64,000 bases of DNA from Candidatus Shapirobacteria bacterium (GCA_041659325.1 JBAZYN010000001.1:366819-430818), one strand, 5' to 3'; positions 51,595-61,300 are shown, counted from the stretch's first letter. Numbers and translations: made by a program. The notes: a model not told the origin generated them from the letters alone.

Positions 51595-51974
51595 AAAGAT
51601 TCCTCCGTCTTTTTCTCATAATCATCTTCTGTCTCATCACCGAAAACGAGATTTGGAAAAATCTTTCTTTCTCGCCGGTTGTTCCGACAATTATCAAGGT
51701 GGCTCTTGTTTTAACCATCTTCGAATTAGTCCTAAAGCCGATTATAAAAATTCTCCTTCTCCCCATAAACATTCTGACCTTGGGCACAATCAGGATTGTC
51801 ATCAACACCCTGGGCTTATATATCGCCATTTTTTTAATCAGCGGTTTTCAAATCAATAATTTCACTGCCTTCAATTTTAAGTTGGAAGGCTTTTTTGCCT
51901 ATCTTGCCAGTTCACTTACCATCAGTTTTCTGCTATATATATTCAATATAATTTTATACAGAAAAAAAAGTTAA
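51591..51974 (+). CDS. YvlD/DUF360 (holin superfamily IV) membrane protein
   Basis: LKPIIKILLLPINILTLG..IN. Confidence 0.75.
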   Translation: MKRFLRLFLIIIFCLITENEIWKNLSFSPVVPTIIKVALVLTIFELVLKPIIKILLLPINILTLGTIRIVINTLGLYIAIFLISGFQINNFTAFNFKLEGFFAYLASSLTISFLLYIFNIILYRKKS

Positions 51975-51975
51975 T

Positions 51976-52188
51976 ATGAAAACTACCCTGATAATTTTTC
52001 AAATAATACTATCCCTTGTCCTTTCCGTTCTCATCTTCCTTCAGCCAAACGACGAAAGCAACAGCCGGGGAAACATCATGTCATCGGTCGAGTATCAAAA
52101 AAGAGGCTGGGAAAAAACTTTATTTAGTCTGACCATAATCTGTCTGATTTTATTCCTAATTTCGTCAATTATTCAAACAATAATTTAA
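51976..52188 (+). CDS. secG: Preprotein translocase SecG
   Basis: Two TMs; IFLQP; KRGWEKTL. Confidence 0.75.
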   Translation: MKTTLIIFQIILSLVLSVLIFLQPNDESNSRGNIMSSVEYQKRGWEKTLFSLTIICLILFLISSIIQTII

Positions 52189-52194
52189 CTCCTT

Positions 52195-53532
52195 TTGATC
52201 AAAAAACTCAGGTTTACCCTAGAACTCTATTTAAATTATCTGAAGCGAAACCTGGTCCTTCTCCTCGGCGGGTTCCTGGTCGGCTCTGTTTTTTTTATTG
52301 GCCGAAACCAGCTGATTACTTTCTATCAAAATCAGTTCAAATCAAATCGGATTATCGGCGTCGAAGGTCTCTCTACCTCCCAAAACCTCCCCTCAAACAT
52401 TTTGGAGAAAATCAGCTATGGCTTATTTATCAATCAAGAAAACGACCGCCCGGATCTTTCTCCGCTGGTCAAGTCCTTCGACATTCAAAACAACAACCTT
52501 GATTACATCATCGAGTTAAATGACAATATTTATTGGCATAGCGGCAAAAAATTTACCGCCGATGACATTTTTTATAATATTGCCGGAATCAAAATTGAGC
52601 CCATATCCGACACCTCACTAAAAATCAGTCTCAACAAACCCTTTACCCCCATCCTCTCTGCCCTAACCAAACCGCTTATCCAAAAAAATCTTGTCGGCCT
52701 GGGTGAATATTTGGTCAAACAAGTCACCCACAGCGAAGGCTTCGTAAAACAAATCACCATTATCCCCACCGACAAAGCCAACCGCACTTCAATCACCTAC
52801 AAGTTTTATCCCGATGCCGAAGGTGTAATCAATGCCTATAAACTGGGAGAGATTGATGAAGCCGCTACTGGCTTGCTCCCCCCCGAAATGACCTCCTGGG
52901 CAAACACAAAAATTACCCAAAAAATCCATTCCGACAAAAAATATGCCGCTGTTTTTATCAATACTGCCAAATACGATTCAAAGTCTACTCGCCAGGCACT
53001 CAGTTACGCCACCCCCAAAACCACCGACAGAAATGAAAGATGCTTTGGCCCGATTCCCCCAAATTCCTGGGCCTACAATCCCTCGGTCAAGGAATATACT
53101 TACAACCCGGCCCGCGCCAAAGAATTAATTGGCGACACCAAAATTGAACAATTGAATTTATCGGTCACCGATAGAACCCTTCTGCCAATTGCCGAAAAAA
53201 TCAGCTCCTCATGGGAGCAAAACCTGGGCATCAAAACAACAATCACCGTCGAAAACCAAATTGACAACCAAAATTACGACGCAATTTTGGCATATTCAGG
53301 CATCCCCTCCGACCCCGACCAATATACCTTTTGGCACTCTACCCAAACCGAAACCAATATCACCCATCTAAACAATTCCCGCATCGACAAGCTTCTGGAG
53401 GAGGGCCGCACCCAAACCGACATTACCGAGCGCAAAAAAACCTATCTCGATTTTCAGCAATTTCTCTCGGAAGAATCACCGGCCATCTTCCTTTTCTACC
53501 CCACCTCATTTACATTTTCCAGAATAAAATAA
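52195..53532 (+). CDS. ABC substrate-binding protein family 5
   Basis: WHSGKKFTADD, RQALSYA, DPDQY.FWHS, IDKLLEEGR. Confidence 0.85.
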   Translation: MIKKLRFTLELYLNYLKRNLVLLLGGFLVGSVFFIGRNQLITFYQNQFKSNRIIGVEGLSTSQNLPSNILEKISYGLFINQENDRPDLSPLVKSFDIQNNNLDYIIELNDNIYWHSGKKFTADDIFYNIAGIKIEPISDTSLKISLNKPFTPILSALTKPLIQKNLVGLGEYLVKQVTHSEGFVKQITIIPTDKANRTSITYKFYPDAEGVINAYKLGEIDEAATGLLPPEMTSWANTKITQKIHSDKKYAAVFINTAKYDSKSTRQALSYATPKTTDRNERCFGPIPPNSWAYNPSVKEYTYNPARAKELIGDTKIEQLNLSVTDRTLLPIAEKISSSWEQNLGIKTTITVENQIDNQNYDAILAYSGIPSDPDQYTFWHSTQTETNITHLNNSRIDKLLEEGRTQTDITERKKTYLDFQQFLSEESPAIFLFYPTSFTFSRIK

Positions 53533-53535
53533 CAT

Positions 53536-53697
53536 ATGACCAAATTCGAATTAGGTGCTGTTTTTATCTTTCTTTTGCTTTTGTCCTATGCCGGTTATCT
53601 CTCCTACCAGAGCATTGATTTTGATGTTCTCAAAAAACTCGAAGCCCAGCCTCTGGTTCTGCCACCTCCGCCCACCACTATACCGATTCAAAAATAA
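53536..53697 (+). CDS. Small single-TM protein with Pro-rich tail (53 aa, absent from the ORF track)
   Basis: MTKFELGAVFIFLLLLSYAGYLSYQSIDFDVLKKLEAQPLVLPPPPTTIPIQK; starts 3 nt after the SBP stop. Confidence 0.6.
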   Translation: MTKFELGAVFIFLLLLSYAGYLSYQSIDFDVLKKLEAQPLVLPPPPTTIPIQK

Positions 53698-53816
53698 TTT
53701 TGCCTCAGTTCTACATATCTTTTACGTATTAGCAGTCTTATACCCCAAGTGCTAACAACCCCCTCAATTTCCATATTCCAGACAGATAGGGCATATCCAA
53801 ATGGTAAAATACAACC

Positions 53817-55088
53817 ATGACCAATAATCTATATTGTTTCGCCCTCGGCACCAACCACTCCCTCTGCAAGGTCGAAATTATTAATGTCCTTTACCAAAAG
53901 GAAATTAGCTTCGAAATTATCGAGGCCTCGCAGGAAACTCTAATTATTAGCACCCCCATTGAGCTCGATCAAGTTATTTCCATAAACGACTTTGGCAGTA
54001 CCGCCAAGCTTATAAAAATCCACTCCTCCGCAGACCTTTCCGACTTTTTTTCTACCCCCCAAAACATCCTCGGCCCTTACCTTTTTCCCAACCAAACAAG
54101 TGACCATATTCAATCCGGCCTTAGCCTTTACGGAGCCGGATGCAAGTACAAGGATTTAAACAAAGCTTTTAGCTTAACGGGGGCTTTGGTCAGTGAAATA
54201 AAAAAATATTTGTCAAAGCACAATATAAAAAGTAATTTTCTGCCGATCAAAGAAAGAATTATTCCAACTGCTAGCGTAGACAACACCAAAATTCTCTCCA
54301 AAGGTTATGAGCTAGTGGTCGCTGTCGGCAAAGAAACAATCTATGTGGGCAAAACAATCGCCATCCAAGACTACAAAAGTTATAGTTTCCGCGATTACGA
54401 GCGGCCCGCCCGGGATTCCCGCTCCGGCATGACCCCGCCCAAACTTGCAAAAATGATGGTTAACCTTGCCCGAAAAACCACCGATCAGCCTCTTCTCGAT
54501 CCCTTCTGCGGCAGCGGAACCTATCTTATGGAAATGCTGTTATTGGGATTCAACCACATCACCGGCTCAGACATCGACCCGGTCGCCGTCGAAAACTCAA
54601 AAACCAATACCGAGTGGGTCTTAAAAAATTATCCGCAAATCGACAAAAGCTCAGAGGTTGGTATTTTCCAATCCGATGCCAAAAAAATATCGCAAAAAAT
54701 TGCCAAAAAAAGCATCGATGCCGTCATTACCGAGCCATATTTGGGTTCTCCAAAAGCCATCCGTTTCAACCCTCTGCAAATTAGTCAGGAAATCAAAAAG
54801 TTGGAGCTTCTATATTTAGAATCGTTTAAAGAGTTTTCTTCTATCCTTTCAAAATTCGGCACCATTGTCATAGTTTTCCCGGTCTTCAAATATAAAGATA
54901 GTTTCTATTACCTAGAAATTATAAATAATTTAAAGCAAATTGGTTTTGACCAAAAAAATTATCTGCCCGATAAATACGCCGCAGAGCAGGACAAGCTTCA
55001 TCTGACTCTCACCGATAGGGGAACCATCGTTTACTACCGCCCCGATCAAACAGTCTCCCGGGAAATCATCATCTTTTCCAAAAGATAA
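53817..55088 (+). CDS. Trm11/UPF0020-like RNA methyltransferase
   Basis: PPKLA, LDPFCGSGT, GSDID, TEPYLG. Confidence 0.75.
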   Translation: MTNNLYCFALGTNHSLCKVEIINVLYQKEISFEIIEASQETLIISTPIELDQVISINDFGSTAKLIKIHSSADLSDFFSTPQNILGPYLFPNQTSDHIQSGLSLYGAGCKYKDLNKAFSLTGALVSEIKKYLSKHNIKSNFLPIKERIIPTASVDNTKILSKGYELVVAVGKETIYVGKTIAIQDYKSYSFRDYERPARDSRSGMTPPKLAKMMVNLARKTTDQPLLDPFCGSGTYLMEMLLLGFNHITGSDIDPVAVENSKTNTEWVLKNYPQIDKSSEVGIFQSDAKKISQKIAKKSIDAVITEPYLGSPKAIRFNPLQISQEIKKLELLYLESFKEFSSILSKFGTIVIVFPVFKYKDSFYYLEIINNLKQIGFDQKNYLPDKYAAEQDKLHLTLTDRGTIVYYRPDQTVSREIIIFSKR

Positions 55089-55100
55089 CCTCCCGTCTTG

Positions 55101-55194
55101 CCCTCCGTAGCCTTGGCGCAGGAGGGTCATTGCGCCTGTCCGCCTTTGGCGGAAGGAGCAAAGCGACGTGGCAATCCCTGCCTGCCGGCAGGCA
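55101..55194. repeat. Cluster of REP-like GC-rich palindromes
   Basis: ccctccgtagccttggcgcaggaggg; tccgcctttggcgga; tgcctgccggcaggca; related copies at 63935-63992. Confidence 0.8.
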
Positions 55195-55249
55195 TGGTTT
55201 ACGGCAAGAAATACAAGACCGCCCCTCTCCCCATATTCATCCACAATCT

Positions 55250-55786
55250 TCAAAAATACTCCCGAATCACCTCAAACATTTTTTTATGTCCCTGTTTATT
55301 TGGGTGAAGCCCATCCGCAAAATCCTCGGCCAATAACTTTTCCTGCAAAGAAATAAACCGGCCTCCCTTTTGTTGCGTAATTTTCTCAATAAGTTTATTA
55401 TATTCAGCCGTACTGTCGCAGCTAAATGGTTCATCCCCCCTCCAGTCGCCCAAAACCAGACCTACAAAATTTATGTCTTTTGTAAATCTACTCGCCGTAT
55501 CCACCAATTTTATTAGATTAACTACAAAAAGTTCAGGATTATAATCTTTTGTGTCGTTAATCCCTATAGCAAAAATAATCGAGTCAGGATTTCTTACCGA
55601 CGCCTCACCTTCAAACCGTTTCAAAACATCATCAGTCGTGTTTCCGCCAATTCCCAAATTAAATACATTAACAAAGCTATCAAAATATTTATTTTCCAAA
55701 TATCGTCTTAAAAGTTCCACCCAGCCGGCATTTACATAAGCAGCCTGGGCAACACTGTCTCCAAAAATACAATATGTTTTATCCAT
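55250..55786 (-). CDS. SGNH/GDSL hydrolase
   Basis: FGDS, NLGIGG, GIND, DGLHPN. Confidence 0.88.
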   Translation of the reverse strand: MDKTYCIFGDSVAQAAYVNAGWVELLRRYLENKYFDSFVNVFNLGIGGNTTDDVLKRFEGEASVRNPDSIIFAIGINDTKDYNPELFVVNLIKLVDTASRFTKDINFVGLVLGDWRGDEPFSCDSTAEYNKLIEKITQQKGGRFISLQEKLLAEDFADGLHPNKQGHKKMFEVIREYF

Positions 55787-55822
55787 TTTTTAAAAAGATA
55801 ATCTATTCTACCAAAACCCCAT

Positions 55823-56325
55823 CTACTCTCCGGTTAGCCCCAGCCCCCAATCTATTGTTTCCACCCATTTTTTGGAAGTATTAGAATAATCAAGCGGCAA
55901 ACACACTAGTTCCTCCCTGCTAACCCACCTGATATTCATAAGTTCATCATCCTTATAGTCAATCTTTTCCCCATTCCACTCGACAACAAAAAACTTGCTA
56001 AATTCAGTTTGTTCGGGAAACCTAAAAAGATCACCCGACATTTCTCTAAAATTTTTTGGCTCAATCCCCAGTTCTTCTTGGACTCCCCGAACCAGTGCCT
56101 CTTCATACGACTCTCCCGAAATTACGTGTTCTCCCAAAAAACATATTTTCCCCGGATCTGTTTTTTTACTCATCGCTCTTTGGGTAATCAAAATCTTTTT
56201 TGCCTTCTTGTCAACCAAGGTAAAATGAACCGTACGATGAATTAGTTTAGGATCCTGTGACATTCCTCCCTGCTTGCCTGCCCCACCACTTCATCATTTT
56301 CATCAACCACATCAAATATTTCCAT
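55823..56325 (-). pseudogene. IDI-like Nudix hydrolase with a 1-nt frameshift near codon 23
   Basis: MEIFDVVDENDEVVGQASREECH from 56325 is out of frame with QDPKLIHRTVH..GESYEEALVRGVQEELG. Confidence 0.7.
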
Positions 56326-56362
56326 ATAATCCTATTCTACCAAACAATGCTAAACTTATTTT

Positions 56363-57016
56363 GTGTTCCTTTCTACACTAATCGCCCTATCTTTTGTCAA
56401 TAATCTTTTCTCTCATCCTCCCAAAACTCCTCCCGCCCGCAACACCTACAAAATTATAGATGTAATCGACGGCGACACCATAATTACCGACAAATTCCAA
56501 AAAGTTCGTCTTCTAAGTGTTGACTCCTCCGAGTTTTCCCGTTGCGGCAGCTCTGAGGCCAAAAAACAACTTGAGACTTTAGTCAAGGGCAAAAATGTTT
56601 ATCTCAAAGAAATTATCGCCGACAAATACAGCCGTCTGGTAGCTCTCGTTTATGTCGGCAAAACTTTTGTAAACGGTGAGCTCGTCAAATCAGGGTGGGG
56701 GAGATACAACAGTATTAATTCCACCCAAAGCGATCTTCTTCTTTATTATTCCCAAGTCGCCCAAGCCAACAAATTTGGTGTTTTTAGTCCTCTCTGTCGA
56801 CAAACCGAAAATCCTACCAATTCCAAATGTATAATCAAGGGCAATGCCTCCCGAGACGGCCGGTATCTTTATTTCTTCCCGGGCTGCAGCGATTATTCCC
56901 GGGTTATCGTCGAAAAAGATCTGGGTGACCAGTGGTTTTGCACCGAGGCCCAAGCTCAAAAATCAGGCTATACCAAATCAGAAAATTGTTACAACAAAAC
57001 CTATAGTCAACAATAG
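56363..57016 (+). CDS. Exported thermonuclease (SNase-like)
   Basis: VIDGDT, VRLLSVD, DKYSRLVA; C-terminal CIIKGN..WFC domain. Confidence 0.85.
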   Translation: MFLSTLIALSFVNNLFSHPPKTPPARNTYKIIDVIDGDTIITDKFQKVRLLSVDSSEFSRCGSSEAKKQLETLVKGKNVYLKEIIADKYSRLVALVYVGKTFVNGELVKSGWGRYNSINSTQSDLLLYYSQVAQANKFGVFSPLCRQTENPTNSKCIIKGNASRDGRYLYFFPGCSDYSRVIVEKDLGDQWFCTEAQAQKSGYTKSENCYNKTYSQQ

Positions 57017-57033
57017 ATAGGTTACAATATCGT

Positions 57034-57237
57034 ATGAAAGATTTAAGAGAAGAACTGGCGAAACTCGAACATTTGCAGTGGACCTGTTGGTCAAAATTTA
57101 TGTTAAATAATTTAACTGAGGAAAATATCGCCAAGTGGAAAAAACAAATCAATACTCCATACAATGAATTAACTGACCAAGAAAAACAAAGCGATAGAAA
57201 ATGGGCTGACAAAGTTTTGGAAATTATCCAGAAATAA
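57034..57237 (+). CDS. Small RyR-repeat-like protein
   Basis: LAKLEH..W and PYNELTDQEKQSDR motifs; TACAAT 5 nt upstream. Confidence 0.55.
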   Translation: MKDLREELAKLEHLQWTCWSKFMLNNLTEENIAKWKKQINTPYNELTDQEKQSDRKWADKVLEIIQK

Positions 57238-57303
57238 AAAAGTGTTGTAATCTGTACTTCTAGTTTTTTAGAAAACTTAGACTTAACCCTTCCGAATAAA
57301 GAA

Positions 57304-57774
57304 TCAAACTCCCCCTCTTTGGTCAACCAATCCGCCCAAATAATTCGCCTTGTATATTAACTTATCCCCCAAAAATATTTTTTCTTCCCCAAAAAATTTA
57401 TCCGCCTCACCCCGCCAGGTATTTGTGTAAACATATTCTCCTTCCCTAAATTCTTTCGGTCCCCTAAATGGATAATCAGCCGGCATAAGTTTCAGTGCAT
57501 CTCTCAAAATTCCGTAAACAGAATTGGTTTCAACTCCTTCCTCAACCCATCCATAATAAACCATCATCCAACAGGGCTTACCCTCGTAAAAAACAATGGT
57601 TCTCCCCCCATAAGGTTCGCCGCCAAAGAAATTGTCATGAGATCTCCATTCCCCCTTTTCAAACGGAATTGTGGTGGAGCCATCTGGCTCCTTTTCCCAC
57701 TTTTTCGTCTTACCACCGGCATAACCGGCATTGTTTGAATCGATAAGAAACTTTTTTAATGATTCAATATTCAT
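57304..57774 (-). CDS. DUF5680-like protein
   Basis: DNFFGGEPYGG, W.MVYYG, PFRGP, YLGG. Confidence 0.65.
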   Translation of the reverse strand: MNIESLKKFLIDSNNAGYAGGKTKKWEKEPDGSTTIPFEKGEWRSHDNFFGGEPYGGRTIVFYEGKPCWMMVYYGWVEEGVETNSVYGILRDALKLMPADYPFRGPKEFREGEYVYTNTWRGEADKFFGEEKIFLGDKLIYKANYLGGLVDQRGGV

Positions 57775-57939
57775 TTTATTTTTGTGGTTCAAAAAAAGAC
57801 CTTTTGTTGGCTCTCGTTGATTATGTCACTACTTAGTTTAAGTAACAACTAGCTAGCAATTCAAATGCAGCAAAATTCCGACTGACCCAAAGTAAGTTCT
57901 AAAACGAATCCAGTTTGTATAATATAAATTTATATATAT

Positions 57940-59058
57940 ATGGAGAGACTACTAACTCGCAGAAATTTCTTAAGACTTGTCGCGAGTGCTGCTAGCGGAG
58001 TTGTTCTTGACGCCTGTAAACCAAGACCTAAGGCTGTCGAAGCCCCACCGACATCTGCCCCAACCAAAGTAGAACCTCCGAAGGCAGCCGCCACTATGGC
58101 CCCAAAAGAAGTGGAGACAAAAGATAACACCGCTAATACTGCTGTACCACAAGCTACCGAAGCACCAAAACCAACCAAAGAAACGTTCGTCGCAAAAGAA
58201 GTCCTTAATCCGGGCAAGTTACCGGAAAAATGGGGCTATTTTACCGGCCAGGGACCTAATGCTGACACTGCCTTCCAAGCCGCTAATTTTGGTACAGTTG
58301 GTCCGCTCGTTACCAAGTTTATGGGCATGGAAGACAAAGATCCCACCCTACCCCCAGATTTAATTGAGGCGGCATCGCTTTCTAAAAATAAAGAAAGCCA
58401 ACCAAACGGCGAAATAATTCTCTATGTTGAGTCTAGTAGTGAAACGGCTTGTGACCAAATCGCCGATGGAAAGATGGATGAATTCTTTACGCAATTAGGA
58501 GAAAATATTGCTGCAATTCACAAACGGGGGATTAAAGTAACTGTGGCAATCCTACCGGAAATCAATATGGGTGATCAAATCCAAAATCAATGTCCTAGAT
58601 TTAAAGAAGCATTCAGACGTGTTCACGATATTATAAAAAACAAAGCGCCCCATAATAGCCAAATGGCCCTATCTCTAAATTTTGCTACTTACCCATTAGT
58701 ACCTGAAAACGATCCTGAAACCTATTTTGCCAAAATAGAGGGACTTGTTGATCGAGTTATTGTCAGCGGTTTTAACTTTGATACTGACGAAATTCCCGAG
58801 AAAACTTTTAAGGAGGTGTATGGGCCGATTCTTGATCAAATTTCCCAATGGGGGGTACCTATCACTCTAAATACCGGTTGTGCGAAAAGACCTTATCGCC
58901 CTGATTGGATCAGGGCAATTCCGGGTGTCCTTGCTCAATATCCTAATGTCGATCAAGTTTCAGTTTTCGCACAAGACAAATTAGGTCAGGGGATTGAACA
59001 AAATTGGTCTTTTGGTGACCCGGAGTCTCAGAAATCATTTCGAGATATTCTCCCATAA
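57940..59058 (+). CDS. Twin-arginine-motif lipoprotein with Pro/Thr/Ala linker and GH26-like TIM barrel
   Basis: TRRNFL, lipobox LDAC, PTSAPTK linker, ILPEIN and VD...SGFN motifs. Confidence 0.6.
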   Translation: MERLLTRRNFLRLVASAASGVVLDACKPRPKAVEAPPTSAPTKVEPPKAAATMAPKEVETKDNTANTAVPQATEAPKPTKETFVAKEVLNPGKLPEKWGYFTGQGPNADTAFQAANFGTVGPLVTKFMGMEDKDPTLPPDLIEAASLSKNKESQPNGEIILYVESSSETACDQIADGKMDEFFTQLGENIAAIHKRGIKVTVAILPEINMGDQIQNQCPRFKEAFRRVHDIIKNKAPHNSQMALSLNFATYPLVPENDPETYFAKIEGLVDRVIVSGFNFDTDEIPEKTFKEVYGPILDQISQWGVPITLNTGCAKRPYRPDWIRAIPGVLAQYPNVDQVSVFAQDKLGQGIEQNWSFGDPESQKSFRDILP

Positions 59059-59072
59059 TAAGGCCATATACC

Positions 59073-59798
59073 TCAACCCATTTGAACCATATCCGTTACA
59101 GGTTTCCAGTCCAATCCTACTGAAACAATATCATAATTTTCTTCAAAATTTGTCAAACTGCCTGCGCTATCCAAATTTACTCTATAGCCAGCAGTTCCAC
59201 CTTCAACCAGAAACCTATCAGCGGCAGAATGTCCGACTGTGATTATTTTCCGATCAGGAAATCTTTCCACAAATTTTTTTGCAACTACGCCTTTATCTTC
59301 AGCTCCCAAGCATCCGGAAACCCCCGTCACTATACCATTTTTTTCCGTAAAGGTGTCTCCAATACAAAATATTCCTGATAAATTGTGTTTTCTGCATAAT
59401 TCCTCAACCGACCATTCTAATCCGCAAGAGACAAACACAATCGGAATCTTATTTTTTTTGCATATATTCAAAAAAGGTTCTCCGTTTGGATTCAAAACAG
59501 TGCCACCAATTAATTTTCTAATACTGTTTTTGATAACCTCAACCTTTAAACCTATCAAGAGTTCGCATAAAGCCCTAACTTGCTCTCGACCTTCACCGCT
59601 TTTCCCGTACGATAATTTCTCCTGGTTTACCGGATAATTATCCGAAAAATAATTCGTATTTAGCCTACTTACATGATCTCTGACAATACATTGGTCAAAA
59701 TCAGCTAAAACAATACACCCAGCATTTGGAAATTTTGATTTTATGTTATCAACAAGACCCTCTATTTTATTTTCCATCTCCTCATTATTTATTGCCAT
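59073..59798 (-). CDS. HAD-IB family hydrolase-like protein
   Basis: DFDQC motif I, VSCG motif II, K motif III, degenerate GHSAAD motif IV. Confidence 0.65.
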   Translation of the reverse strand: MAINNEEMENKIEGLVDNIKSKFPNAGCIVLADFDQCIVRDHVSRLNTNYFSDNYPVNQEKLSYGKSGEGREQVRALCELLIGLKVEVIKNSIRKLIGGTVLNPNGEPFLNICKKNKIPIVFVSCGLEWSVEELCRKHNLSGIFCIGDTFTEKNGIVTGVSGCLGAEDKGVVAKKFVERFPDRKIITVGHSAADRFLVEGGTAGYRVNLDSAGSLTNFEENYDIVSVGLDWKPVTDMVQMG

Positions 59799-59897
59799 AT
59801 TCCCTGGTTACCCCACATAGATTCATTTCTAACCACAGTTAAGTTAAATAAGGTAATTTATTGTATCAAAGACTTAATTCAGACCTTTAATCCGCCA

Positions 59898-60311
59898 TTA
59901 TTTAATCAGGCTTAAATTTCCATTTACTACAATTGGGCTCATTGCCACTATCTCTGATTTATAGAACTCAATTTCTGGAATCGGGTTGTACAGAAAAATC
60001 TTCTTTCCTAAAATAAAACTATATCCCATTTCAATTAAAGTATTTCCACCTATATAGTTTTTAATGCCTTTTTTATCTAAATTTAAAACTAAGATTGCGT
60101 CAACGTCTTTTAAGCTTTCGCATAATTCAATCAACCCGTTATTATCATTCTTATCTTTTATTGTTAATCTGGTTATTTCTTCAATATCTTTTCCGGCGTA
60201 CCCTTTTGTGAAGCTTGAAATTACAACCTCGTGATTTATTTTTTCCAAACCAGATTTCAACTTCAACATTTCATCAGAAAAAACCATGCTACCAAGGATT
60301 GCTATTTTCAT
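59898..60311 (-). CDS. Nucleoside 2-deoxyribosyltransferase-like fold protein
   Basis: I.ILGSM, DAILVLN, YIGGNTLIEMG, KKIFL. Confidence 0.6.
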   Translation of the reverse strand: MKIAILGSMVFSDEMLKLKSGLEKINHEVVISSFTKGYAGKDIEEITRLTIKDKNDNNGLIELCESLKDVDAILVLNLDKKGIKNYIGGNTLIEMGYSFILGKKIFLYNPIPEIEFYKSEIVAMSPIVVNGNLSLIK

Positions 60312-60404
60312 TTTTCTTGTTGAGAGTATACCGAAAAATTCAAACTGTATTCATCAAATTGTAACACCCTGCCTGCCGGTTTACCCGCCGGGGTGGGCCT
60401 CTAA
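60304..60404 (-). repeat. Copy 1 of 101-bp direct repeat (hairpin, promoter, ATGAAAAT)
   Basis: 91/101 identical by manual ungapped alignment to 62127-62227. Confidence 0.9.
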
Positions 60405-60532
60405 GGGAGACTCGATTAAGAAATTATTCCAAGTTACAGATAGCGAAAACAAAATTTCAACAGTGCGGACCATTTTTTAATTTTTTGCGCGTGATTTCCG
60501 GATATCAATACACAATGAGATATAATTAACGC

Positions 60533-61153
60533 ATGGACAAAAGGGAAACAACACAATCCCCCTCCGACGAAACCAGCACATTTGATAATAAACAATATAG
60601 TGTTATCAAGACAGGAGTTCCTCTTACAGTAGACAAAGGCCTATATGGTAAAGGTTATAATTATACTGTCGATTTTGATAGCTCACCTACTCTTCAAGCA
60701 CTTTACCTTCAAGCGGAAACATTTTTTCGCACCGATAGTCTTTCTCCTCCACAAACTGTTCTTAATAAGTTAAAAGGAATCGTAGCCACAGCCTTTCCAC
60801 ACCAAGGCATTAATAAAGTTATTGACTTCGAAAGACAACTACGTAAGTCCAAAAATCCAGCTTCCCTGGAAGACTACGCCAAAAATGGTATCGGTAATTG
60901 TTCTCAAACCACGCTGACCTTAATTTTATTGTTCGAAAAACTTAGAGAAAAGGGGATGGCTCAAGGCGCTTTTACCTTAGAAGAAGCTGATTGGGAGAAC
61001 GAATTTACTGGCGGCGGACACACTTGGGCAAAATACTTACCGGAACAAGGAGAACCTGTCGTCGTGGATGTTGTTCGGGACTATGTAGGGAACGAAGAAG
61101 GTCATAAATCCATTTTGGAAACAGTAAGGTGGGAAACTCTTAGTGGCTACTAA
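60533..61153 (+). CDS. Transglutaminase-like (Cys-His-Asp) protein
   Basis: GNCSQ, GGHTW, VVDV; TATAAT 6 nt upstream. Confidence 0.55.
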   Translation: MDKRETTQSPSDETSTFDNKQYSVIKTGVPLTVDKGLYGKGYNYTVDFDSSPTLQALYLQAETFFRTDSLSPPQTVLNKLKGIVATAFPHQGINKVIDFERQLRKSKNPASLEDYAKNGIGNCSQTTLTLILLFEKLREKGMAQGAFTLEEADWENEFTGGGHTWAKYLPEQGEPVVVDVVRDYVGNEEGHKSILETVRWETLSGY

Positions 61154-61300
61154 CAAAACATTTTAGTTTACCGTCGAGCCGAGCGCGGCACGCGCCACAT
61201 CAACCTGCTTCAATTTGCAGAAACTGTTAAGCAGTATGGCTACAGACTGTTCTATCCTTATAACTGAATTGTCTATATATCCCCAATGCTAACTTTACTT

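Noticed and set aside
51591-51974. Holin-family gene as evidence of a prophage
   Set aside because: It is a YvlD/DUF360-type protein in a housekeeping operon with no phage genes nearby.
55098-55356. Short ORFs containing PSVALAQEG and PACRQA
   Set aside because: They are translations of the palindromic repeats.
56266-56285. ccctgcttgcctgcccc as another REP copy
   Set aside because: It is not palindromic and encodes the normal GQASRE segment of the Nudix N-terminus.
61145-61232. Possible integron attC site (TACTAAC...GTTAAGC)
   Set aside because: The ends pair over only 4 bp, there is no L-box stem, and no integrase is present.
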